A stretch of 64,000 bases of DNA from Candidatus Latescibacterota bacterium (GTDB lineage Bacteria; Latescibacterota; UBA2968; UBA8231). The number at the start of each line of letters is the position of its first letter. Within the stretch, counting starts at the first letter, position 1. The notes below the pieces were generated by a model. That model made no database searches. It worked only from the letters and a program-made list of their open reading frames with translations, and had not been told where the DNA came from. The stretch is taken from contig CBDFJF010000001.1 of the NCBI GenBank assembly GCA_965248265.1, positions 160,001 to 224,000 on the forward strand, read 5' to 3'. The position numbers and the translations under genes are program-made. This document shows positions 42,301 to 50,629 of the stretch, one piece after another.

Positions 42301-43144
42301 TCGGCGGCTATCTGCGTCGCCGTTACCGCATCGTCTGCCAGATCAACGGTTGCAATCGTGCCGTCTGCCAGTTTGGCCGAAGTCACCGCGCCATCGGCCA
42401 GGTCAGCAGTACCAATGGCACCGTCGGTGATCTTGGCGGAGGTCACCGCATTGTCAGCCAATTCAGATCCGGCTGTAGTGATCGTAACCGTATTACCGGC
42501 AGTGGCCACCGTGACGTTATCACCACCTGCGATCGTGACCCCGTCGGTGACGTTGTTTACGCTCGTCACTACCGCTCCCGAAGCGATGTCGGCTGAGCCT
42601 TGCTGCCATCGGCGATCTTGGCTGCAGTCACGGCATCATCGGCCAGCGCTTCACCAGTGATCGCTGCATCGGCAATCTTGGCGCTGGTTACTGAGTCTTC
42701 CGCAAGCTGCTCCGTACCCACGGCGTTGGCAGCGATCTTATCCGCAGTCACCGCGCCGTCTTCGACATCCTTGGCATAGAGGCTGTAGGGAGCCGCTACC
42801 AGTGCAATGCGCGGCGACAACTCATCGCCTGCGCCAATCGAGATCCCCAGGAAATAGGCTCGGTCGAAGGGCACCTCATCCAGAGACGCACTCTCGCCCA
42901 GTACCACATCGAAAAGCCCCTTGCTCGTCGTTACCGTCCGCGTCGCCGTCCACACGGCAGCACCCCCTGCGGTCTGCTCGTACAGGCGGAAGGTGATCTC
43001 ATGGTCACCATCTGTGACGACATCGCCCGCGGCATCGCTCAGGTAGCCCATGTAGGAAATGGTCTTGGGCACGGCCTCCTGGGCGTGGGCGGTCGATAGG
43101 GAAATTGCAAGGCAAAGTGAGATGGCAAGCAGGGATTTCATCAC
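39354..43144 (-). CDS. Secreted S74-chaperone fibre/adhesin, paralogue of 23218-27174, with a one-base frameshift at about 42600 (pseudogene or sequence error)
   Basis: ORFs 42569-43144 and 39354-42569 join when one base is restored (the paralogue reads DGSISSADI); SDRRMK...GLIAQEV. Confidence 0.85.
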
Positions 43145-43211
43145 AACATCTCCTCAGTGAGATTCTTATTCGAGCATCTGGTGCAGACACTACACCATAG
43201 TGGCGGGAGTG

Positions 43212-43240
43212 ATGGTACGGAGATCCGGAGGGGGAACCAA
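43212..43240 (-). promoter_or_regulatory. Conserved inward sigma70-type promoter (element A)
   Basis: TTGGTT-17 nt-TACCAT. Confidence 0.6.
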
Positions 43241-43298
43241 GCGATGGCAGGATAGCCTGCATTCCATCATAACCGCTGCTACAGCATCGCCATCACGA

Positions 43299-43432
43299 GG
43301 GCTCTGAGGCTATCTGGCGGGCAGATGTGCAGATACTTGGATTAGGGCAGGTGTGCAGATGGGTGCGGATGCATATCAGGGTCCCCACTTTCACGGATTA
43401 CAGAAAAGGGGTGCCGGGCCTGGGGGGCGAGG
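43299..43432. repeat. Blocks Q + P of the element end (element A)
   Basis: Matches 34200-34306, with extra GTGCAGAT/GTGCGGAT units. Confidence 0.85.
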
Positions 43433-43501
43433 TAGGGTAGGGGGAGTCGGGTCAGTCCGAATCGACGTCTTCGTGCTCCCTCGGTGCAGAATTTCGGAGT
43501 G

Positions 43502-43560
43502 ATGTGGTACAAATGTGGTACGCCGAAGGACTTTAGAACCGTAACCTGTTGTTATTATTT
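43502..43560. other. Arm-type-like direct repeat and IHF-like site next to att
   Basis: ATGTGGTAC x2 at an 11-bp period; minus strand TAACAACAGGTTA is close to WATCARNNNNTTR. Confidence 0.5.
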
Positions 43561-44300
43561 AGGATATCCCAACTCACCGCACTCGGACACCAGAACTTCT
43601 CGATGTACCCAATAACAAGCTGAGTCCCCTCCTCATGTCCAACGTAAGGCGGGGTCGCCGGATTGTACATCGCATCGGTGAGATCCCGGATCAGGGTCAC
43701 ATCCAATCCCCACTTGACCATCTGCTTGATGCCGAAAGTCCGGTTGATCACACACATGTTCGTGTGCACTCCCATGATCAGTAGATGGTGCACGCCGCGT
43801 GACGCCAGAAAGCTGTAGATCTCACCACCGTCATCGGCGATGCCGTCACGCACTTCGTCGATGTCGATACCAGGATGCTGGCTTGACCAGGCTTTGAACG
43901 ACTGCACTTCACCGGTGTCGGAACCACCATTGGGCGCACCGAAGGGGAGATCCGGGTCCTCACGCTCGGTTTCCGCCGGCGGCTCCACCGGCTCACATTC
44001 TTGAATCCTGAGACGCGCCGCGTTGTCGGCGTAGAATTCGAGCGTATCGGAGGGTGCATGCACGATGGTAACACCGCGATCTCGGAGCGCATGCGAGACT
44101 TCGTTCATGCGCGGAACCATCTCATCCACGCGCTCGGTTGCCCCCTTGGTCCAGTGCTTGTCCCACACGTCGCACAACAAGAGGGCGGTTTGCTCACATG
44201 GCAGTCCGGCTTGCTGCTCCAGCACTTCCCAGTACGCACGATCGGCCGCATCGCGCTTCATCTGTTGCCAGCGCCGATTGATCTTGATGACTCCGGCCAT
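43533..44300 (-). CDS. Isochorismatase/nicotinamidase-like cysteine hydrolase (integration target)
   Basis: TALLLCDVWDKHW, IVHAPS, GVHTNMCV, RDLTDAMYNP. Confidence 0.88.
   Translation of the reverse strand: MAGVIKINRRWQQMKRDAADRAYWEVLEQQAGLPCEQTALLLCDVWDKHWTKGATERVDEMVPRMNEVSHALRDRGVTIVHAPSDTLEFYADNAARLRIQECEPVEPPAETEREDPDLPFGAPNGGSDTGEVQSFKAWSSQHPGIDIDEVRDGIADDGGEIYSFLASRGVHHLLIMGVHTNMCVINRTFGIKQMVKWGLDVTLIRDLTDAMYNPATPPYVGHEEGTQLVIGYIEKFWCPSAVSWDILNNNNRLRF
43572..43604. repeat. att-like 33-bp direct repeat within the isochorismatase 3' end
   Basis: Identical to 34440-34472; encodes IEKFWCPSAVS. Confidence 0.95.
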
Positions 44301-44304
44301 GTTA

Positions 44305-44466
44305 GTGCCCTGTTACGGAAGTAGGTTTGTGAAATGAGGGCGCCGAGTCGCCCGACCTGCAAGGCGCGCGAGCGAGGCATATTGGTGGAATATGCCGAGA
44401 GAGCGCAACGCAGTAGGTCGGGATGAATCGGCGGCCGAATACAAGAGTACTTCCGTGACAGGGCAC
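44305..44466. mobile_element. 162-bp structured MITE-like element with TA flanks
   Basis: TA-GTGCCCTGTTACGGAAGTA ... TACTTCCGTGACAGGGCAC-TA, with nested stems (CCCGACCTGC/GTAGGTCGGG, GGCATATT/AATATGCC). Confidence 0.75.
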
Positions 44467-45638
44467 TAGAACGTGCCGGTCACATCCATGGTCTTGCTGG
44501 CAGAGGGATCCTTGCTCACCGTCGAGTTGGCGATGCGCTCCTGCAACTTCTCGTAGTAAAACTCTTCATCTACCGGAATCGTCACCCAGTCGTCCGTCCA
44601 TGCCGACAGCAGCATGGCGTTCGAAAGCTCCACGCCGTTGATGCCTTCCTCGCCTGGCGCCAACAGCGGCGTGCCGTTGCGGATGGCATCTACCCAGTTG
44701 GTGAGAACGACGACGTGTTCCTGCTTGCCTCGGCTCGAAACCGGGATCTCGCACTCCCAGATCTCCGGCTGGCCGAAGCCGTTCGGATGCTCCTTGCAGA
44801 ATTGGCTGATCCCCTCGCGGGTGCGCCAGAACGTGATGCGGCCGTTCTCCACCACCACCTTGCCCCGGTCCGCCGAAATCTCCAGCCGGTTCGTCCCCGG
44901 CGCTTCCCCCGTCGAGGTCATGAAGATTCCCGTGCCGCCGTTTTCATACTCGACGTAGGCGGTCGTATCATCATCCACTTCGATGTCGTGGTACTTGCCG
45001 AATCCGACAAAAGCCCGCACCCTCACCGGCATGCCGCAGACCCACTGCCACATGTCCAAATTGTGCGGGCATTGATTGGCCAGCGCCCCGCCGCCTTCCC
45101 CGGCCCAGGTTGCCCGCCAACCGCCCGAATCGAAATAGCTCTGCGCCCGGAACCAGTCCGTGACGGTGTAGATGGTACGCTTGATCTCCCCCAGTTCCCC
45201 GGATGCGACCAATTCCCGCAGCTTTTGACTAATCGGTCGCGCGCGCTGGTTGAACATGATGCCGAAGACCCGGTCGCTTCGGGCGGCCGCTTCGTTCATC
45301 TCACGCACCTGTTTGGTGTAAACCCCGGCCGGCTTTTCCGACATCACGTGCAGGCCACGCTCCAACCCCTGGATCGCATAGGGCGGATGGAAGTAGTGCG
45401 GTGTCGCAATGATGATGGCGTCAATCCCACCTGCCTCCATCAACGCCTCGGCGCTGTCAAACGTGTTGATGCCCGGATGGCCATCTCTCACTGCCTGCAG
45501 CTTGCTCTCATCCGTATCGGCCACGGACACCAACTCGACGCCGGCCACGGCACCGCCGGCCAGGTGACGGATGTGCGCCGTGCCCATGCCGCCTGCTCCG
45601 ATGACGCCAACTCGTACTGAATCCGTTCGGTCTCCCAT
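44466..45638 (-). CDS. Gfo/Idh/MocA family oxidoreductase
   Basis: VGVIGAGGMG, ATPHYFH, EKPAG, WRATWAGEGGG. Confidence 0.92.
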   Translation of the reverse strand: MGDRTDSVRVGVIGAGGMGTAHIRHLAGGAVAGVELVSVADTDESKLQAVRDGHPGINTFDSAEALMEAGGIDAIIIATPHYFHPPYAIQGLERGLHVMSEKPAGVYTKQVREMNEAAARSDRVFGIMFNQRARPISQKLRELVASGELGEIKRTIYTVTDWFRAQSYFDSGGWRATWAGEGGGALANQCPHNLDMWQWVCGMPVRVRAFVGFGKYHDIEVDDDTTAYVEYENGGTGIFMTSTGEAPGTNRLEISADRGKVVVENGRITFWRTREGISQFCKEHPNGFGQPEIWECEIPVSSRGKQEHVVVLTNWVDAIRNGTPLLAPGEEGINGVELSNAMLLSAWTDDWVTIPVDEEFYYEKLQERIANSTVSKDPSASKTMDVTGTF

Positions 45639-45651
45639 AAGGTCTCCTACG

Positions 45652-46536
45652 TCAAATCTGATTCTGACCCGATGGCGGGACGACAGGCTCGCCACCGCGA
45701 CACACGACGGGGAAATGAGCTCCAGCTCCCGACATCAGATCACCATTCGCCACCTCGACGAACTCTTTCATCAAATGGTCGCCGCTGGCATCGTAGTGCG
45801 TTTCGCCGGTCATGTAGTGAATGGCGATGGCCCGGCGATCCCTGTTGGATTGATTCGCCGGCGACCCATGCCAGTTGAGCGAGTGATGGAAAGACAACTC
45901 CCCCCGCTTCATCGGCCACGGCCGAGGAACCGCCTCTGCAACCTGCGCACCCTCTGGTGGAACAAAGGGCGCGGTGACGTTCTGGAAGTTCTCGAACTCC
46001 TTGCCCGTCAGATGCTCCCGGATGAAGGCGATCTGATCGCCCCACTGATAGCTGCCCGGAACCATCCACATGCAGCCGTTCTCTTCATCGACATCATCCA
46101 GGGGAATCCAGGCTGAAACGGAAGTCATCGGCTTGATGATCGGCCACAGCGGTGCGTCCTGATGCCAGCTGAGTGCGCCGCCGGTGCCGGCTGGCTTGTA
46201 CTGCAGCTGATCGTGCCAGACCACTAAATCCGACTGACGCGTAAGTTGGCATAATGCCCCCGTTATGGCGGGATGGTACAACAACCGCTCGAAGGCCTCC
46301 GATGCTTCCCAGATATTGACAATCTGCCACACCGGATGCTCGCTCACACCCCTGCCCCCGGCCAGATCCCGAAAGGCTACCGGCTTTGACTCGCCCTCGG
46401 CAAAGCCGTCCGGACCGGTTTCCAGAACACGGTCCAGCTCACTACGCAGCTCCTCGACCTCGTCCTGCTCCAGCAGTGTCCCGGCGTTCAGAAAGCCGTC
46501 GGCATCGAATCGCGCAATTTGCTCTTCGTTCAACAT
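45652..46536 (-). CDS. Phytanoyl-CoA dioxygenase (PhyH) family 2OG-Fe(II) oxygenase
   Basis: WHQD, WIPLDD..EENGCM..PGS, HGS..N.S...RRA. Confidence 0.92.
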   Translation of the reverse strand: MLNEEQIARFDADGFLNAGTLLEQDEVEELRSELDRVLETGPDGFAEGESKPVAFRDLAGGRGVSEHPVWQIVNIWEASEAFERLLYHPAITGALCQLTRQSDLVVWHDQLQYKPAGTGGALSWHQDAPLWPIIKPMTSVSAWIPLDDVDEENGCMWMVPGSYQWGDQIAFIREHLTGKEFENFQNVTAPFVPPEGAQVAEAVPRPWPMKRGELSFHHSLNWHGSPANQSNRDRRAIAIHYMTGETHYDASGDHLMKEFVEVANGDLMSGAGAHFPVVCRGGEPVVPPSGQNQI

Positions 46537-46586
46537 ATATTGGACCCCAACCTCTGTATGATGGACCCCAGACCGTTTCTCGGTTC

Positions 46587-49100
46587 TTAGCGGGATCGAG
46601 CGTCGAGTTCTGCCATCCCCTCGCGGAACAGCGCTATCAACCGCGCTCGCACAGCCTCATCCTTGAACACACCGATTTGTTCAGCCCAGGTCACACCACC
46701 CTCCATCTGCGTCAGCAGGTACTCGCCGGCGGCAGGTTCGAAGGTTTCACGCCCACCCACGTCGATGTACACGGGCGATGAGTGCGCCATCACCGGCCCG
46801 GCCCCTGTCCCATGCGGCCCCCAACAGCGCGCCGTGACCCAGCAAGGCGTCTCCGTCTTGAGCTTGTGGTCGAGAACGATTTTTCGCGGGAAATCCGGAT
46901 CAGCCTCCTCGCGCACATCCGGAACGCCGTTGACGACCAGCTCGACCGCACTCAACGGCCATACGCTTTCAGCCGTGGCCTGCACCTCAACCGTGCCGCC
47001 GTTGCCCGGCAGGTGAATCTCCTCACCCATACTGGCACCTTCCACCTGCAGGTCAATCATCGCGCCCGTGCTGGCGAAGGTGTTGCCCCGGCGTACTCCG
47101 CGGCACCAGTTGTCGAAGGTGAATTCCTCATTGCCGTCGAGCTTGGCGTAGGTGCGCGAACAACCCAGGACCCGGTCATTGGACATCTTGTCGGTCCCGC
47201 CGACGATCGGCAGCTTCTGGCCGACATTGAGCCAACGGTAGTAGCCGCGCTCGCCGGCTCCGATGGTTTCTCCCTGCCAGATCCAGCACATCTCGGCCGC
47301 ATCAGCCTGGCCAAGAACAATGTTGGCGGCGTTCTCAAAGTCAGGACTCGGCATGTGGGGCATGATGACGAGTCCCCCCTGGCGCCGGCACTCCTCGGAC
47401 CAATCCGCCATCAAAACTTGAACTTCACCTCCTACCCAATCTTCCTCGGGGCCTCCCGTGCACATCGGTGCGACCATCTCCTTGAGGCCCAGCAGCGAGA
47501 TATGTCCGAGCACGTGCTGGCGGTTTTCCTGGCTGACCCAGATCAGGTGGTCTTCACTCGATGTCGGTGACAGCCCACCCGTGAACTCTTCCCAGCTGGT
47601 GAATAACCTCCCCCACTGGCTCGCCAGCAGGTTGACGACGTTCAGATCTTCGGCCGCCGCTTCAAGATGACTGGATTGGGACGACAGGAAATGCACGTGG
47701 GTGTCGCCGGAATAATAGCCGCGGCTCTTCATGTCGAAGGCCCGCTGCATGCGCAGGGTCAGATTCCGCTGCCCGGGCTTGATCTCCAGCTTCTGCCGTA
47801 GCGGTTCGTACTCGAAGCCTCTGACGACCTCGACGTACGCCTTACCCACCGGCAGTTCGATCTGACAGGTGCCGTCTATGTAGGCGTAGGGTGTGCCCTT
47901 TATGGTGCAGTCGCCGCCCAGATCCTCGAACCATGCCGTGTTGACGTCGGCCTGATGACCGTGCGGCGCCAGATAGGCCCCCGACTCGGAACGGAAGTGC
48001 ACCCGTGATCCCACCGGCTTTCCGGTGTCGGCATCCTCGACCCTCACATGCACCCACTGCTTGCCGCGAACGCCAATGACCTCGATCCGGACCTTGCCCT
48101 GTCGTTCGCTGCCGCTTTCCAGCACGTCTCCCCAGCGAAACTCGGCATCGGCTTCGCCATCGGCCTCGCCCTCAGGTCCTTCATTGATGGACACGCGGCC
48201 TTCCGGCGAAGCGTGCACCTCGGCGTAGCCTCCCTCACGCACCTCCTGCCCCCCGGTCCCGAACCCTTTAACTTCCGTAGTCACGAAATCTTTCCCGGGG
48301 ACAAACAATCGATCCTGACGCACCAGCACTCCGCGATCCACCTTGACCTGTGGGGCCTGAGTACCGTCAGCATCGTCGATGGTGATGGCGATCTCCTTGC
48401 GCGCCGGCCAGTCGAAGGGGTCCTTTTCTTCCTGGCAGATCGTGATCGCACCCAATGCCATCGCCACCATGCCGGTAGCCAGTACCTCAATCTTATCTAT
48501 GATCTTGTCCGTCGGGTTGACCCAGTCTAGGAGCCACCAGCCTTGCAGGCTGCCGCCGTTGAGGGTCGTCGTCCCCACCTGGGTTCGCCCCCAGGGTCCG
48601 GTCATATCGCCGATCGGCACGGAACGGAACTCCCGGCATATGCGGCAGGCGAACGGGTGGTGTCCCCAGCGGATGGAAAAATCATGAATCTCGAAGCGGC
48701 GCCTGAGATTCTGTTCAACACTGGAGCCGTCTTCGAAGTGAATCCGGTACATGCCGACCTGCTGGCCAAACGCGTCAGGGTCATCTGTCGCCGGAGCACA
48801 GGCGTGCGCGAACAACAACCTGCGAGCTCGGTGGCCGACAGAAATCGTAACCGACTCGGGCACACCCTCTATTTCCGCTTCCGCGCCACAAACAGTGACA
48901 TATTTCAGCGAGGCATCATCCGCTGCCCCCTTGAACGGCACCCCCCAAAACAGATTTTCCCCCGACGGCATGCGCTTGAGCTGGGTGTTGTCGGGATCCT
49001 TTCCATCGAAGGGCCACATCCAGCCGTCGCCCGAGCGCACATTGGCGTCGCCGGCATTGCAGGAGTCAGTCAGGTCGAGTGGTTGGAATGGGTCAGCCAA
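46587..49100 (-). CDS. CehA/McbA family metallohydrolase (PHP-like)
   Basis: RGFEY, YSGDTHVHF, LGHISLL, GGTDKM, AHSSPVY; start uncertain (TTG 49100 preferred). Confidence 0.85.
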   Translation of the reverse strand: MADPFQPLDLTDSCNAGDANVRSGDGWMWPFDGKDPDNTQLKRMPSGENLFWGVPFKGAADDASLKYVTVCGAEAEIEGVPESVTISVGHRARRLLFAHACAPATDDPDAFGQQVGMYRIHFEDGSSVEQNLRRRFEIHDFSIRWGHHPFACRICREFRSVPIGDMTGPWGRTQVGTTTLNGGSLQGWWLLDWVNPTDKIIDKIEVLATGMVAMALGAITICQEEKDPFDWPARKEIAITIDDADGTQAPQVKVDRGVLVRQDRLFVPGKDFVTTEVKGFGTGGQEVREGGYAEVHASPEGRVSINEGPEGEADGEADAEFRWGDVLESGSERQGKVRIEVIGVRGKQWVHVRVEDADTGKPVGSRVHFRSESGAYLAPHGHQADVNTAWFEDLGGDCTIKGTPYAYIDGTCQIELPVGKAYVEVVRGFEYEPLRQKLEIKPGQRNLTLRMQRAFDMKSRGYYSGDTHVHFLSSQSSHLEAAAEDLNVVNLLASQWGRLFTSWEEFTGGLSPTSSEDHLIWVSQENRQHVLGHISLLGLKEMVAPMCTGGPEEDWVGGEVQVLMADWSEECRRQGGLVIMPHMPSPDFENAANIVLGQADAAEMCWIWQGETIGAGERGYYRWLNVGQKLPIVGGTDKMSNDRVLGCSRTYAKLDGNEEFTFDNWCRGVRRGNTFASTGAMIDLQVEGASMGEEIHLPGNGGTVEVQATAESVWPLSAVELVVNGVPDVREEADPDFPRKIVLDHKLKTETPCWVTARCWGPHGTGAGPVMAHSSPVYIDVGGRETFEPAAGEYLLTQMEGGVTWAEQIGVFKDEAVRARLIALFREGMAELDARSR

Positions 49101-49246
49101 GTTGTTAACTCCCGTGTGACTCTGATGTTGTGGCGCGACCCGCGTCACAGGTTTCCTCTTCTGGTACACAAAGTAACCAAGACCCCTCGCGCACCAAAGA
49201 CCGCTCAGTTTGCCGGTTGTGAGGACCGGGAATACATTCGATAACT

Positions 49247-50617
49247 ATGTCAAACAGCATGCCGAACAGCCCTCTGACTCGCGGTGATTTACCGCCGGAG
49301 TACGGTCTTCTGGTCCTGCAGGCCGAGCGACCCGAGCAGCAGATCTACGTCCGTTATCTGATGTTGATTCTCAACTACCGCTTCGGACTGGACCTGATCA
49401 CGGTCAAGAGTCATGTGGAGGCGTTTTCGGCGGCGCGCAAGTACGGCCGCAAGATCCGCTGCACCGTCATCGTCCAGGACACCAAGATCGACACCAAATC
49501 GACGATCGCGGCCCTGAGCCTCGAAGACGCCATCCCGTTGATTGCCGTACTGCCTGCCGGCTTGATCGAATCACACCAGGATCTCGTCCAACGCATGACC
49601 AACGTCCATTTTTGTGCCTGGGAAACGGCGTTGGGAAAATCGGACGCCGCCCTTCTGCCGCTGATCTTGAAGACCTTCGCCGCCAACGGCATCGGTGAGC
49701 TCTTTGGTGAAGACGCACAGCAATTGCCGTTCGAGGAAATGCAGGCTCGCGTCGAACGCCGTCTGCGCAACCTGAAAACACTGCCGACCCTGCCCGAAAT
49801 CGCCGTCCGCATCATGACCATGATCCAGGATCCCAGACCCACAGTCGAGGATCTTGAAGAGGTACTGACCAGTGACGCTGCCATCGTCCACAAGCTGCTT
49901 CAGGTCGTCAACTCCCCCGTCTTCGCCGGCAGCGGGCACAAGGGAAGTTGGTCACTGGGGGAAGCTATCGTCCGGCTCGGACGCAACAAGGTCGGTGCCA
50001 TCGCGCAGCAGATCAAAATGATGAACTCACTGGTCAAGCCGGAGCAGAGCCTTTTCGACCTGCGCCGTTTCTGGGAGCACTCGGTCGGCTGCGCCCTGGT
50101 GGCCGACCGGCTTTACCGAGACAAGCTCCTGAACCTCAAGGAGGAGATCGAGTTCAACGACTACTGGATCGGCGGCCTGATGCACGATTCCGGCAAGGTC
50201 GTACTGGGCTTCTTTTTTTGGGAGCACTTCGAGGAGATTCTCACCCACATGGGCAAGGAAGAAACCTCCTTTCGCCAGGCCGAGAAAGATTTGTGTGAGG
50301 TTGCTAATCATGAATTCCTGGGTCAGCTGCTATTGCTCAAATCGAACGTTGGCGAGCAGCTGGTGCGCGCCGTCGGCGAGCATCACTCAGGCAGCAAGGA
50401 TCCCAGTGACCTCGTCTGTCTCCTGCACGTAGCCAACAACCTGTGCAAGGACCTGGATAAGGGATACCTGCAGGAAGAGAGCAGCCTCTATCGGGTGGAG
50501 GTGCTGCAGAAACTCGGCATCACCCGGGAGGACATGGAGCGGATCCGTGAAGAACTCGGAGAGCGGATGGTGAAGGAGATCGACGATCTCGTCGATCGCT
50601 GCGTGCAGCCGGTTTGA
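49247..50617 (+). CDS. HDOD domain signalling protein
   Basis: LPTLPEIA, KLLQVVNS, FWEHS, GLMHDSGK, HH. Confidence 0.88.
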   Translation: MSNSMPNSPLTRGDLPPEYGLLVLQAERPEQQIYVRYLMLILNYRFGLDLITVKSHVEAFSAARKYGRKIRCTVIVQDTKIDTKSTIAALSLEDAIPLIAVLPAGLIESHQDLVQRMTNVHFCAWETALGKSDAALLPLILKTFAANGIGELFGEDAQQLPFEEMQARVERRLRNLKTLPTLPEIAVRIMTMIQDPRPTVEDLEEVLTSDAAIVHKLLQVVNSPVFAGSGHKGSWSLGEAIVRLGRNKVGAIAQQIKMMNSLVKPEQSLFDLRRFWEHSVGCALVADRLYRDKLLNLKEEIEFNDYWIGGLMHDSGKVVLGFFFWEHFEEILTHMGKEETSFRQAEKDLCEVANHEFLGQLLLLKSNVGEQLVRAVGEHHSGSKDPSDLVCLLHVANNLCKDLDKGYLQEESSLYRVEVLQKLGITREDMERIREELGERMVKEIDDLVDRCVQPV

Positions 50618-50629
50618 GGCGCTACCGGT

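Larger units (their letters stand above)
34440..43604 (-). mobile_element. Element A: 9.2-kb integrated island lacking integrase and replication genes
   Basis: Flanked by an exact 33-bp direct repeat from a gene 3' end; short arm-like direct repeats inside both ends; only cargo ORFs inside. Confidence 0.85.

Noticed and set aside
25493-42660. Long plus-strand ORFs opposite real genes (e.g. 27533-28789, 40695-42596, 25493-26809)
   Set aside because: Antisense shadows of GC-rich or repetitive coding sequence with no family motifs.
23218-43144. Prophage tail-fibre region
   Set aside because: The fibres have Sec signal peptides and no capsid, terminase, portal or tail genes are present.
21513-43240. 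Classical integron cassette array
   Set aside because: Cargo is co-oriented, but there is no IntI and the palindromes lack RYYYAAC/GTTRRRY attC ends and do not follow each gene.
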